Shown here piece after piece: positions 7,686 through 17,645 of a DNA stretch of 64,000 nt (its first letter is position 1; the number at the start of each line of letters is the position of its first letter). Source of the stretch: Vulcanimicrobiales bacterium (lineage in GTDB: Bacteria > Vulcanimicrobiota > Vulcanimicrobiia > Vulcanimicrobiales > Vulcanimicrobiaceae); assembly GCA_038231455.1 (NCBI GenBank), contig JBBRLI010000008.1:64001-128000 (forward strand), given 5' to 3'. The notes under the pieces were generated by a model that was given only the letters and a program-made list of their open reading frames with translations, was not told where the DNA came from and ran no database searches. Position numbers and translations under genes: made by a program.

Positions 7686-8159
7686 ATGCCGCTCACCAGT
7701 ATTGAAGAAGTCCGTGCTCGGCGCAAGGCAAGCGTGTGGACCAAGATCCACCCCATCTTTGCGCTCGGACAACTTCTCGCGTTTTTTGTTAGCGTCGGCC
7801 TCCTGGTCGCCTATTTCTTTGGGCGTGTCTCCTTTGCCGTCGTTCACGACGCGGTCATGACCAAGATCGGCCTGATGGTCGGGGCGGTCATCACCGGCGC
7901 CCTTTGGGAAAAAGACGTTTTCGGCTCGTACTGGTTTGCCGCCGAGTTTTTGGTTGAAGATGTCATGACGGTCAACGTCTTCATCTTGCAAATCGCCTAC
8001 GTGCTCATGGCCTACACGCACCCGGAGAACCTGGGTGTGATTCTCTGGGTCCTGGGCCTGGCGTACTTCGTCTATGTCGGCAACGTCGCGCAGTACATCG
8101 TGCGCACCGCCAACATGGGCAAGAAGCCGAACCCCGCCGCTTTGCAGATCGCTGCATGA
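7686..8159 (+). CDS. bchF: 3-vinyl bacteriochlorophyllide hydratase
   Basis: 'SVWT...Q...TGALWEKDVFG.YWFA.EF..EDV' family motif. Confidence 0.93.
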   Translation: MPLTSIEEVRARRKASVWTKIHPIFALGQLLAFFVSVGLLVAYFFGRVSFAVVHDAVMTKIGLMVGAVITGALWEKDVFGSYWFAAEFLVEDVMTVNVFILQIAYVLMAYTHPENLGVILWVLGLAYFVYVGNVAQYIVRTANMGKKPNPAALQIAA

Positions 8160-9121
8160 ACGGCGACCGCGCCGCGCGCGCCGTCGTCTTTGCAGAAGCT
8201 GGCCGCTTGGATCTTCGCGCGGTCACCCTGCGCGACTGCGCGCCCGATGAGGTGATCGTCGAGACGCGCTATTCCTCGATCTCTGCCGGCACCGAGCGCG
8301 TGCTGCTCGATGGCAAACTGCCGCCGATCCCGCACCTGGGCTATCCGCTTGTGCCGGGCTACGAAGCGGCGGGCGTCGTTACGCACTGCGGCGATGATGT
8401 CACCGAAGTCCACGTCGGCGATGAAGTCTTTGTCGGCGGCAGCATGTGCTACACCGATGTTGGCGCATTTTTCGGCGGCCAGTCCTCGCGGCTGATCAAG
8501 AAGGCCGCACAAGTTATTCCGCTGCACGGGATTCCGCTGGCGCATGCGCCGCTGCTCGCACTCGCGGCGACCTCGCTGCACGGCGTTCGGCGGGGCGGCG
8601 ACCTTGCTGGCAAATCGGTTGCCATCGTCGGCATGGGCGCGATCGGTCAGTTCGCTGCGCGCTTCGTTGCGACGATGGAGCCGGGCATGCTCTTCGAGGC
8701 CGACAAAAATCCGCAACGCCTCGGCCGCATCCCCGGTGCTCAAAGCCTTGACGTCAACGTGCAGACGCTGGCGGAAGCTGCGCCTGGTGGCGTCGATGTG
8801 ATTTTCGAGGGTACGGGCCACGGTCCGAATCTCGCCAATTGTGCAAAGGCCCTCAAGCCGGGCGGCACGATCGTCTTGCTGTCGTATTACGACACGCTCG
8901 AGACGCCGTTCATGGATCTCTTTGTCAAAGAAGCGACGCTCGTGACCGCTAAGGAATGGTCGCATGTCGACCTGCTCGGCGCGCGCGATTTGATTGCGAA
9001 CGGTGACGTCTCCGTCGCCGACCTCGCGGAAACGCTGTACCCCGTAGAACGCTACCAAGCGGCCTACGATGCAGCATTCGGAGACCCCTCAACCGTAAAG
9101 GTGATTCTGCAATGGGCGTAA
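8156..9121 (+). CDS. bchC: 3-hydroxyethyl bacteriochlorophyllide a dehydrogenase
   Basis: MDR fold 'ISAGTE..GYPLVPGYE', 'LLALAAT', between bchF and bchX. Confidence 0.9.
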   Translation: MNGDRAARAVVFAEAGRLDLRAVTLRDCAPDEVIVETRYSSISAGTERVLLDGKLPPIPHLGYPLVPGYEAAGVVTHCGDDVTEVHVGDEVFVGGSMCYTDVGAFFGGQSSRLIKKAAQVIPLHGIPLAHAPLLALAATSLHGVRRGGDLAGKSVAIVGMGAIGQFAARFVATMEPGMLFEADKNPQRLGRIPGAQSLDVNVQTLAEAAPGGVDVIFEGTGHGPNLANCAKALKPGGTIVLLSYYDTLETPFMDLFVKEATLVTAKEWSHVDLLGARDLIANGDVSVADLAETLYPVERYQAAYDAAFGDPSTVKVILQWA

Positions 9122-10122
9122 GCAAAAATTCGACAGTCGCGGTGTATGGCAAAGGCGGCGCGGGGAAATCGTTCCTCACCTCCATGACGGCCAAGGCACT
9201 GACCGCGCGCGACAAACGCGTGTTGCAGATGGGCTGCGATCCCAAGCACGACTCGGTCGTGACGCACTTCGGCGGCGCGCTGATTCCCACGGTGCTCGGC
9301 ACGTGGGCGCAGTACGAAGCCGAAGGTAAAGCAGAAGAGCTCGCACCCGAACACATCATCTTTAAAGGCGGCGGCGTGTACTGCATCGAGCTCGGTGGAC
9401 CCGAGTCGGCGCGCGGTTGCGGCGGTCGCGGAATTACCTTCGGTTTCCAACTACTCGAGAAGTGGGGACTCTCGGAGTGGAACTTCGATTACATGCTGCT
9501 CGACTTCTTAGGTGACGTCGTCTGCGGCGGTTTCGGGACGCCGATCGCGCGTTCGATGGCCGACAAACTCATCATCGTCTGCAGCAACGAAGGCCAGTCG
9601 ATGTACGCTGCCAACAACATCGCCTCGGCCGTGCGCTACTTCGCCGATCAAGGCGGAAAGACGCGTTGCCTCGGCCTTGTCGTGAACAAAGACGACGGCT
9701 CGGGTAAAGCGGCAAAGATGGCCGAGTGGCTCGGAATTCCGGTCCTCGCGCACATGCCGCTCATCGATCAAGATAAAGTTCTTGTCGACGGCGTGCCGCA
9801 TCAGTCGATTCAAGACGCAGTCGCAAAAGTGATCACGGCAATCGACGAAGCGCCGACGTTCAATCCGAATAAAGTCGACTTCGTGCAATTCATGATGCAT
9901 CTCTCGGGCAACGCTGCGGAGATGGACGGGACCGCCGTCACGTCGGATGAACTCTGGAGCCTTCCCGAAATTATCAAGATGCCGGAAATGGCCGGCATTC
10001 CGAACGGCGGCGCAGCGGATCATCGCTACCTCGAAGCCGAGGGTGATGCAGACAAAGTGTTGATCCCGACCATCGTCAGCGTCGGCGGCGGCAACGTGCC
10101 CGCAGCCGCCTGGGAGAAGTAG
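9112..10122 (+). CDS. bchX: Chlorophyllide a reductase Fe protein
   Basis: [42 protein letters not shown]. Confidence 0.95.
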   Translation: MGVSKNSTVAVYGKGGAGKSFLTSMTAKALTARDKRVLQMGCDPKHDSVVTHFGGALIPTVLGTWAQYEAEGKAEELAPEHIIFKGGGVYCIELGGPESARGCGGRGITFGFQLLEKWGLSEWNFDYMLLDFLGDVVCGGFGTPIARSMADKLIIVCSNEGQSMYAANNIASAVRYFADQGGKTRCLGLVVNKDDGSGKAAKMAEWLGIPVLAHMPLIDQDKVLVDGVPHQSIQDAVAKVITAIDEAPTFNPNKVDFVQFMMHLSGNAAEMDGTAVTSDELWSLPEIIKMPEMAGIPNGGAADHRYLEAEGDADKVLIPTIVSVGGGNVPAAAWEK

Positions 10123-10144
10123 CATCTCAAAACAAGCGTCGTCG

Positions 10145-11461
10145 ATGTGCCCCGCGTTCGGGGCGATTCGCAATCTCTTGCGCATGGAAGATTCCATGCC
10201 GATCGTGATTTCGAGCGGCGATGGCTGTTTGTACGGACACACGTTCGTCGCGCACTTCTACGTTGCCAACCGGCCGGTGTTCTCACCAGGCGTGAGTTCG
10301 GAGATCTGGGCCAAAGGCTCGATGTTCGATGAACTCAAAGCGATGGTGCATCAGATGGCCGAGGAACATCAGCCCTCGATCATTCCGATCTGCTCGCTGT
10401 GCGTCTCCGATACCGTCGGTCTGCCGTTCGACTTGCTGCCCAAGCAAATCGGCAACACCGAGATTATTTACGTTCCGCTCCCCGCCTATAGCGTGCATAC
10501 GCACGCGCGCGCGAAAGACATCGTTGTCGATTCGCTCACCTGGCGTCTGCCCGCGCAGCGCAAGGCGCGTTCGGGGGTGAACCTGATTGGCGAAGTTTTC
10601 CCGAGCGATCCGATCAAAATCGATGAAGTGCTGCGCAAAATCGGCACGCACGTCAATACGCACGTCCCCGGCCCCAAATGGACGGACTACGTTGCGATGG
10701 TCGACGGCGCGATCAACGCACCGCTTCATCCATTTTACAGCGAATCGGTCAAGCGCATGAAGATGAAACAGGGACTGCCTTTCATCGAAGGCGCGCCGGT
10801 TGGTATCGACGGCACCTACACCTGGATCACGGGCGTTGCTGAGGCGATGAAGCTCGATGCGAAGACTGCTCTGTCCGTTGCGACCGAAGAACGCGAAAAA
10901 GTAAAAGCCGCGATGGCGGATTATCCGCTGCAAGGCCTCACGATGATGGTCGCGGGCTATGAAGGCCACGAGTTCTTGCTCGTACGCCTCTTGATCGAAG
11001 CCGGTGCCAAGGTTCCGTATCTCTCGACGTCCGTGAATACCAACCCGCTCGCACGTGTTGAAGAAGCCTGGCTTGCCGAACGCGGTTGCAAAGTGCTTTA
11101 CGGCGCAAACTTCGACGATGAAATCGGTGCCCTCACCGATCATCCGTACGATGTGGTCATCGGCACGACGCCGCTCTGCGCGCACGCAAAAGAACTCGGC
11201 ATCCCCTCGATTTACTACACGAACGCCCTTGCGACGCGCTCGATGATGTTTGCCGAAGGCGCCGCCGACATTCTCCAGCTCGTGATGCAGACGTACCGCG
11301 CGAAAGACCGTTACGACAAAATCGCGCGCTTCTTTGCCGATGGCGCAAAGCCAGTCCAGACGTACTCCGCGTGGGCGCCGAAGATCGATCTCACGACGCA
11401 CCTCATCGCGAACGACGCGATCGTCTCTCACGATGCAGCCGTTCCGAAAGCCGGCGTTTAG
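10145..11461 (+). CDS. bchY: Chlorophyllide a reductase subunit Y
   Basis: MCPAFG, GCLYG, LCV Cys ligands; GYEGHE.L..RLLIEAGA; YYTN...RS.M. Confidence 0.93.
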   Translation: MCPAFGAIRNLLRMEDSMPIVISSGDGCLYGHTFVAHFYVANRPVFSPGVSSEIWAKGSMFDELKAMVHQMAEEHQPSIIPICSLCVSDTVGLPFDLLPKQIGNTEIIYVPLPAYSVHTHARAKDIVVDSLTWRLPAQRKARSGVNLIGEVFPSDPIKIDEVLRKIGTHVNTHVPGPKWTDYVAMVDGAINAPLHPFYSESVKRMKMKQGLPFIEGAPVGIDGTYTWITGVAEAMKLDAKTALSVATEEREKVKAAMADYPLQGLTMMVAGYEGHEFLLVRLLIEAGAKVPYLSTSVNTNPLARVEEAWLAERGCKVLYGANFDDEIGALTDHPYDVVIGTTPLCAHAKELGIPSIYYTNALATRSMMFAEGAADILQLVMQTYRAKDRYDKIARFFADGAKPVQTYSAWAPKIDLTTHLIANDAIVSHDAAVPKAGV

Positions 11462-13047
11462 TGGCGATCACCCCGCCCCGCACGCGCGCATCGAGCGAGC
11501 TGCAATCGGATGTCATCAATACCCCGATTCGTAAACGCGTCACCGACCTCGATCACGCCGGCGGCGATACGGGTGCGATGCAAGTGTTCGCCTCGCTCGG
11601 CGATGCCAACGTCGTGCTCGATGGACCCGTTGGCTGCCACGTCATGCCGGCGGTCGCCGTCATCAACTATACCGACTGCATTCCGTATTTGCAGAACGTT
11701 ACGTGCTCGGAACTCTCCGAGACCGAAGTAACGATCGCCGGAACGCTCGGTGCGCTCAAAGAAAAAGTTGCGCGCTCGCAAGTAGAAGGCCGGCAGGTCT
11801 TCATCGTCAGTACGCCCGTTTCCGAACTTATTGGCGCGTCGTGGACCACGATGGAAGCCCATATCAAAGGCTCCGCGCTGTTCTTTGATTCACATTCGCT
11901 CGATGATGATGAGTGGAAATCGCGCGACCGCGCGCTTTTGTTCCTCTGGGAGCACCGCGACCACTTCGTGCGGCCGGCCGACGTCGCGCCGCATCCCGCG
12001 AAGACGAAGCCGCGCGTCAATATCATCGGGCCGACGTACGGCAACTTTAATTCCTACAGCGATATCGCCGAACTCAAGCGGCTCATCGCCGGCATCGGCG
12101 CCGAGATCAATTTGATCTACCCGTTCGAATCGAAGGCGTACGACACGCCGCATCTCTCCGACGCCGATGCGACGATCGTGATGTACGAAGAGTACGGAAA
12201 ATCGATCGCACGCGAGATCGGGCTACCGACATTCAGCGGCCCAATCGGTCTTGAAGCGACGACGGAGTTTTTAGAAGGCCTCGGCAAAACACTTGGGCTC
12301 GAAGCCGAAGTCGCGGCGTTCATCTCGCACGAGAAGAAGACGACGCTTGCGGCCTGGCAAGATATCTGGCGTTCGACGCACAGCGATTTCTTCGCGAACA
12401 GCCCGATCGCCATCGTCGCGCCGCCAACGTATAAAGACGGCCTTACGAAATATCTTGGCGACGAACTCGGCCTGCCGATCGTGTATAGCGCGTATCGGAC
12501 CGGACCCGAGAGCACGCCGAGCGAAGAGGTTCGCATCGCTCTTCGCGAGCTAAGCCCTTCGCCAATGATGGTGTTCGGCTCGATCAACGAGCGCATGATT
12601 CTCGCGCAAGAAAAGATGCCAACGCGTTTTTCGCAGTGTTCGTTCCCCGGCGCCGTCGTGCGTCGCGCGACGGGAACGCCGTTTATGGGCTATGCAGGTG
12701 CCGTGTGGCTCTTGCAGCTCGTGTGCGAGATTCTCTTCGATACGCTCTTTGCGAACTTGCCGACCTCTGCATCGCCGCCGGTAAAAGCGACGATGCCGAC
12801 CGCGCAGTTGATGACGTCTGCAAGCGACGCAGAAGCCGGCGCAAAAGGCCGCAACAGCGTGCTGAGCTGGACCGATGAGGCAAAAGCCCTCACCGAGAAG
12901 ACGCTCAAGCGCGTTCCGTTCTTCGTACGCGTCTCGGTCAACAAGAAACTGCGTGCCGAGGCCGAATCGCTCGCACGCGAACGCGGGACGGACGTAGATC
13001 TTGCGGTGATCGAAGAGGTCACCGCGCGCTACGCTCCCGGGCGTTAG
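11461..13047 (+). CDS. bchZ: Chlorophyllide a reductase subunit Z
   Basis: DHAGG..GA, DGPVGC, TGTPFMGYAGA and a C-terminal PCP_red-like domain. GTG start at 11461 inferred. Confidence 0.93.
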   Translation: MAITPPRTRASSELQSDVINTPIRKRVTDLDHAGGDTGAMQVFASLGDANVVLDGPVGCHVMPAVAVINYTDCIPYLQNVTCSELSETEVTIAGTLGALKEKVARSQVEGRQVFIVSTPVSELIGASWTTMEAHIKGSALFFDSHSLDDDEWKSRDRALLFLWEHRDHFVRPADVAPHPAKTKPRVNIIGPTYGNFNSYSDIAELKRLIAGIGAEINLIYPFESKAYDTPHLSDADATIVMYEEYGKSIAREIGLPTFSGPIGLEATTEFLEGLGKTLGLEAEVAAFISHEKKTTLAAWQDIWRSTHSDFFANSPIAIVAPPTYKDGLTKYLGDELGLPIVYSAYRTGPESTPSEEVRIALRELSPSPMMVFGSINERMILAQEKMPTRFSQCSFPGAVVRRATGTPFMGYAGAVWLLQLVCEILFDTLFANLPTSASPPVKATMPTAQLMTSASDAEAGAKGRNSVLSWTDEAKALTEKTLKRVPFFVRVSVNKKLRAEAESLARERGTDVDLAVIEEVTARYAPGR

Positions 13048-13075
13048 CTCTCTCTCGCCCATCGACGACGACGCG

Positions 13076-13882
13076 TTGGTTCTCTTTGCCGCGACACGCC
13101 TGCGTGTGGGTGCGCGACGTTTGCGTGCACTCGCGCACGGCGATGCCGCTTCGGTGCGCGAATTCGTTCAGAATGATTCGGCACTCCGGCTTGCCGAAGC
13201 GCGCCGTGACGCGCGATCGGACCTCGAAGCACTTTACGCAGCGGGGGCGCGCGTGGTGACGATTCGTGATTGCGCCTACCCCGCCGGTTTGCTCGATCTT
13301 GCCGACCCCCCGGCGTTCTTATGCGTACGCGGCGCGTTGCCCGCGCGCGGGATCGCGGTTGTCGGAACACGCCGTCCGACGGACGCCGCACGCGTCTACA
13401 CGGAGAGGCTTGCGCGAGAGCTTAGGATGCCGATCGTGAGCGGTCTTGCGCTTGGGATCGATGCCGCCGCGCACCGTGGAGCGCTTGCCTCGGGCACGCC
13501 AACCATCGCGTATGTCGCCACCGGAATCGGGCAAACGTATCCACCCGAACACGCCGATCTCGCCGCCGAAATCGTCTCCGCCGGCGGAGCGATCGCAAGC
13601 GAGTTCTTACCCACGGCACGCCCGACGGCTTGGACATTCGTTCGGCGCGACCGGTTGCAGGCCGCGCATGCGCTGGCCACCGTGCTCGTCCAGAGCGAAC
13701 GTGACGGCGGCGCGATGCATACAATGGCAAGCGCCGAGCGCCTAAAGCGCAATCGTTTTGCGCTTTTGTCGAATGGAGATGCCGCATTTGCGGGGAACGC
13801 AGCATCGATCGCTCACGGCGCGACCCCGCTCTCCGATGATCCGTCCCATGCCGCTCGCGCGATCGCGCAGACTACGCACTAG
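13076..13882 (+). CDS. dprA: DNA-processing protein DprA/Smf (compact)
   Basis: 'YPAGL.DL.DPP..L.VRG', 'IAVVGTR', 'VSGLALGIDAAAH'. Confidence 0.85.
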   Translation: MVLFAATRLRVGARRLRALAHGDAASVREFVQNDSALRLAEARRDARSDLEALYAAGARVVTIRDCAYPAGLLDLADPPAFLCVRGALPARGIAVVGTRRPTDAARVYTERLARELRMPIVSGLALGIDAAAHRGALASGTPTIAYVATGIGQTYPPEHADLAAEIVSAGGAIASEFLPTARPTAWTFVRRDRLQAAHALATVLVQSERDGGAMHTMASAERLKRNRFALLSNGDAAFAGNAASIAHGATPLSDDPSHAARAIAQTTH

Positions 13883-13893
13883 AGGAGTCCGAC

Positions 13894-14310
13894 TTGTCTT
13901 CCCGCTTCAACGCGTTCGATCTCGAACGAGCAAAACGTCTGCATGGCGACGATCTCGACGTGCTTCCGTTTGGCGTGATCGTCGTCGATAAAAACGGCAC
14001 GGTCGTTGAGTACAACGCCTACGAGCGCGAGATGGCGAACATGGGAACGCGTCCGGTGATCGGGCTCAATTTTTTCCGGGACATCGCTCCCTGCACGGCG
14101 ATTCAGGAATTCCAGGGACGATTCAGAGAATTTCTCTTATCGACCGATACGAGCATCGAACCGTTTGAATTTCTCTTTCCGTTTTCGCGTGGGCCGCAAA
14201 AAGTCACCGTCGTCTTCGTGCGCCTCAGTAACGATAACGAACTCGGCACGATCTGCGTGATTCGCACCGACGCTCCAGAAGCGGCCGAAGAAATCGCCGC
14301 GGAGGCGTAA
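13894..14310 (+). CDS. pyp: Photoactive yellow protein homologue (PAS domain)
   Basis: 'LD.LPFGVI.VD.NG.V.EYNAYE...VIG.NFF.DIAPCT' keeps Tyr42, Glu46 and Cys69 in register with canonical PYP; GAGGAG RBS. Confidence 0.82.
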   Translation: MSSRFNAFDLERAKRLHGDDLDVLPFGVIVVDKNGTVVEYNAYEREMANMGTRPVIGLNFFRDIAPCTAIQEFQGRFREFLLSTDTSIEPFEFLFPFSRGPQKVTVVFVRLSNDNELGTICVIRTDAPEAAEEIAAEA

Positions 14311-15612
14311 ATGATCGCAAGCGGCTCACCGATCTTCGCGCGCGCCCGCGATGTTATTGCGGGCGGCGTCGATTCGCCGGTGCGTTCGGGTTGGGCCGTT
14401 GGCGGAGAACCGTTCATCCAAGCGCGCGGTTCGGGTGCCTATGCCTACGACCCGGCTGGCCGACGGTACATCGACTATCTCATGGCGTATGGTCCGCTCT
14501 TGCTCGGACACGGACACCCCGCGCTCACGCGGGGCCTGGAATCGGTGCTCGCCGCGGGTGCCGTCTTCGGCTCGACGCACGAAAGCGAGATCACACTCGC
14601 CGAGCGCGTACGCGGGCATCTCCCCTCGCTCGAGCGATTGCGCTTTACGACGACGGGTAGCGAAGCCGTCAGCGGCGCGATCCGCGTCGCACGCGCGTTC
14701 ACCGGCCGCGATGCGGTCCTAAAATTTGCGGGAAACTATCACGGTCACTTTGACCTTGCGCTGCTCGATGCGGGCGCATCGGCACACACGAGCGACGCGG
14801 CGCGGTCCGGCATTCCGCAGGCCGTCACGCACGATCTTGCTGTATCGCGCTACAACGATCTAGCCGATGTCGATCGGGCGCTCGGTCTCATCGATGATCG
14901 GCTTGCGGCGATCGTCGTCGAACCCATCGTCGGCAACATGGGCCTGGTCATGCCGCAGGCGGGTTTTCTTGCCGGTCTCATCGCGCGCGCACATGCACGC
15001 GGCGCACTCGTCATCTTCGATGAGATCATCACTTGGCTACGGCTCGGACTCGGCGGTGCGCAAGGTCGACTGGATCTTGCGCCGGACATGACGACGATTG
15101 GCAAAATTCTCGGTGGCGGTGTGCCGCTTGCGGCATTCGGCGGTCGTGCCGACGTGATGGCGATGCTCGCGCCGGATGGGCCGTGTTTTACCGGAGGAAC
15201 ACACGCCGGCAATCCGTTCTCCATCGCCCTTGGGCATCGGGTTCTGGATTTTCTCGAAAGCCGTCCCGCGGCATACACGCAGATGAATGCGCGAGCGGCG
15301 CGCCTCGCCGCGGGAATTCGCATGCTGCTGGCAGAGCGCTCGCTCGATTATGCCGTGCTGCAGCTCGAGAGCATCGTCGACTTCAAATTTCGCCCGGGGC
15401 CGCCGACCGCAAATTACGATGATGCGCGCGCAGCAGACAAGCGCGCGTTCGCCGCGTTCTATCATGCGATGCGCGAGCGTGGTATTCTCTTGGCACCCTC
15501 GCAAAATGAAGTGATGTTTCTCTCGACCGAGCACTCGGATGCCGACATCGAAGAAACGCTGCTCGCAATCGCCGGGTCGCTCGACGCCCTGCGCGCACAA
15601 GGACTCATCTGA
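14311..15612 (+). CDS. hemL: Glutamate-1-semialdehyde 2,1-aminomutase
   Basis: GGVDSPVR, YHGH.D, EPIVGNMG, GKILGGG.P, GT..GNP. Confidence 0.93.
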   Translation: MIASGSPIFARARDVIAGGVDSPVRSGWAVGGEPFIQARGSGAYAYDPAGRRYIDYLMAYGPLLLGHGHPALTRGLESVLAAGAVFGSTHESEITLAERVRGHLPSLERLRFTTTGSEAVSGAIRVARAFTGRDAVLKFAGNYHGHFDLALLDAGASAHTSDAARSGIPQAVTHDLAVSRYNDLADVDRALGLIDDRLAAIVVEPIVGNMGLVMPQAGFLAGLIARAHARGALVIFDEIITWLRLGLGGAQGRLDLAPDMTTIGKILGGGVPLAAFGGRADVMAMLAPDGPCFTGGTHAGNPFSIALGHRVLDFLESRPAAYTQMNARAARLAAGIRMLLAERSLDYAVLQLESIVDFKFRPGPPTANYDDARAADKRAFAAFYHAMRERGILLAPSQNEVMFLSTEHSDADIEETLLAIAGSLDALRAQGLI

Positions 15613-15908
15613 TGGAAAAAACACAACTCATCGACACGATCGAAATTGCGACGCGTTTACAAGCCGAACTTCCCGGTTGGGTCTTTGGCGAGCAGTCGGC
15701 GCTGGAGAAGACGTTCGACTGCAAAAACTTCGACGGCTCGATCGCCTTCGTGAATGCGATCGCGAAGGTGTCAAACGAAGCGGATCATCACCCGAACTTG
15801 CGCGTTGAATGGAACGACGTGACGGTCATCCTTTCATCGCACGACGCCGGTGGCGTCACCGACCGTGATTTCGCACTCGCAAAGACGATCGAAAAACTCG
15901 CTATCTAG
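15612..15908 (+). CDS. phhB: Pterin-4-alpha-carbinolamine dehydratase
   Basis: DHHP motif, SHDAGGVTDRD. Confidence 0.9.
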   Translation: MEKTQLIDTIEIATRLQAELPGWVFGEQSALEKTFDCKNFDGSIAFVNAIAKVSNEADHHPNLRVEWNDVTVILSSHDAGGVTDRDFALAKTIEKLAI

Positions 15909-17275
15909 CGAACGAGCGTCGGGAACGAGACGATGCTTTTGTGTCCTTGGGTATCAACGGCACGAACGCCGAATTGGTAGTTGTCTTTGGTCAGGTTCAG
16001 AGCGGTGTATGACGTCACGTTGCCGACGTTGCGGGCGTTGGTCCACTGCGATTCACTCGAACGTCGCCACACGACTTCGTAGCTGGCCGCGCCGCTGCTG
16101 GCGATCCACTTCAGAACCGTATCGTACACGTAGGGCGGATTCGTGGTCGTCACGCGTTTCGGTTTTGCGGGTGCCGACGCGAGCGATGCCATGATCGAGG
16201 CATTGATCTGTGTGACGCGCGCGAGGTAATCGAAATCCATGAACTCCAGTAAATCACCGTACTGGATACCGTTTTCGACGCGAACGTCTTGATGCTGATG
16301 ATCGAAATTTTCCGCGGCCTCGGTGAAGCGCACGGCGGCAAAGCCCTGCTCGTTGAATGCTTCGTGATCGCCGCCGCGACCGTAGCGATCGGCTCGGTAC
16401 TGCATGTCCACGTGCATCGTCGGCACGTACGCTTCGCCGATTTCTTTTGAGAAGCGGGCCACCTGGCGCGATGGCGAGTCGTTTTCTAAGCCGTAGAGAT
16501 TGACGTCTTTGAGTACGGCTGAGGGCGGAAGCGATTCGCTAAAGAGTCGGACGAGATTGCCGCGTTTGATGCCGTCGTGCCCGACCGAGGCACCCATGAT
16601 GTCGTTGTTGATATCCGCATCGACCGTTGTTTTTGCCGCCGAGAGCGAGCGCGCAAGATGCTCCGCACCGAGTAGTCCCTGTTCTTCGGAATCGAACGTA
16701 CAGAAGAGAATCGTTCCTCGGAAGTGCAGCGGCGCAAGGACGCGTGCGGCCTCGACGACCGCGGAGGATCCCGAACCGTTGTCATCGGCGCCCGGAGCGT
16801 CTTTGATCGCGTCATCGTTCGATGAATTGCGCGAATCCATATGCGAGGTCATGAGGTAGATCGGCCCGGTGGGATCGTCGCCTTTGAGCGTCGCAACGAC
16901 GCTCGAAATAAGGACGTCGCGCGGGATCCGATTGGCATCGGCTGGTTGAACGTGTTCGTCGTATGCGACCGTCAGTCGACCACCCGAGCTCTTCGCTATC
17001 TCGCGGAACTGCGATGCAATGAAGTCGCGCGCGGCAAAGATGCCGCGCTTTGGGCCCATGGCCTCGGAAAACGTACTGCGCGTCCCAAACGCGACGAGCT
17101 TCGTGTCGAACGTGCGTAGACGTTCGGGCGACACCTTTGCGATTGCCGCAGCGATAGCGGGATCGATTGTGACGGCCGGAAGCGGATCGGCAGACTGCGC
17201 CGATGCAAGCGAGGGAAGCAACAGAGCGGCGGCCGCGGCGGCGCCGAGTACGCGCGAAATGAACGGTGTGGTCAT
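15905..17275 (-). CDS. Secreted M28-family metallopeptidase
   Basis: Signal peptide; SHMDS, GADDNGSG, SEEQGLLG, GGDH. Confidence 0.88.
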   Translation of the reverse strand: MTTPFISRVLGAAAAAALLLPSLASAQSADPLPAVTIDPAIAAAIAKVSPERLRTFDTKLVAFGTRSTFSEAMGPKRGIFAARDFIASQFREIAKSSGGRLTVAYDEHVQPADANRIPRDVLISSVVATLKGDDPTGPIYLMTSHMDSRNSSNDDAIKDAPGADDNGSGSSAVVEAARVLAPLHFRGTILFCTFDSEEQGLLGAEHLARSLSAAKTTVDADINNDIMGASVGHDGIKRGNLVRLFSESLPPSAVLKDVNLYGLENDSPSRQVARFSKEIGEAYVPTMHVDMQYRADRYGRGGDHEAFNEQGFAAVRFTEAAENFDHQHQDVRVENGIQYGDLLEFMDFDYLARVTQINASIMASLASAPAKPKRVTTTNPPYVYDTVLKWIASSGAASYEVVWRRSSESQWTNARNVGNVTSYTALNLTKDNYQFGVRAVDTQGHKSIVSFPTLVR

Positions 17276-17319
17276 AGACGCGCCTTCGCAAGCGTGCGGC
17301 GCGTCCCTGTTCGTGCCAG

Positions 17320-17529
17320 CTAGTGGCTTGCGGTGATCAACGGTGTTCCGTAGCGGTCGGTGTCGCTATCCCGGTCGACTTTGCGCGTCAAGCGAGGTGC
17401 GAGGCCGTCGAGTTCTGCTTTTCCGCGTGCGATCATTAGGAGCATCACGCCGTGGACGGCGACCACGCTCAGCAGTGCCGCTCCCATGAGCACTTCGTTC
17501 ACGAGGGTGAGTCCGCGATTGTCTTTCAT
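17320..17529 (-). CDS. Small single-TM hypothetical protein (69 aa)
   Basis: Strong GAGGAG RBS before ATG 17529; one hydrophobic helix containing a His. Confidence 0.6.
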   Translation of the reverse strand: MKDNRGLTLVNEVLMGAALLSVVAVHGVMLLMIARGKAELDGLAPRLTRKVDRDSDTDRYGTPLITASH

Positions 17530-17645
17530 GTGGTATCTCCTCAGACTCAAGGCTACCGCGCGGACGTCCGCCCTTCGTGAACGCGCTGTTCGCAGGCCCT
17601 GAGAGCTCTTCGCGCGCCGTTCTCAACCATCGGTCAAGCGGGCGA

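Noticed and set aside
9112-13047. bchX/Y/Z and bchL/N/B as nitrogenase nifH/D/K
   Set aside because: The motifs ([32 protein letters not shown]) and the context match COR and DPOR. No nif accessory genes are present.
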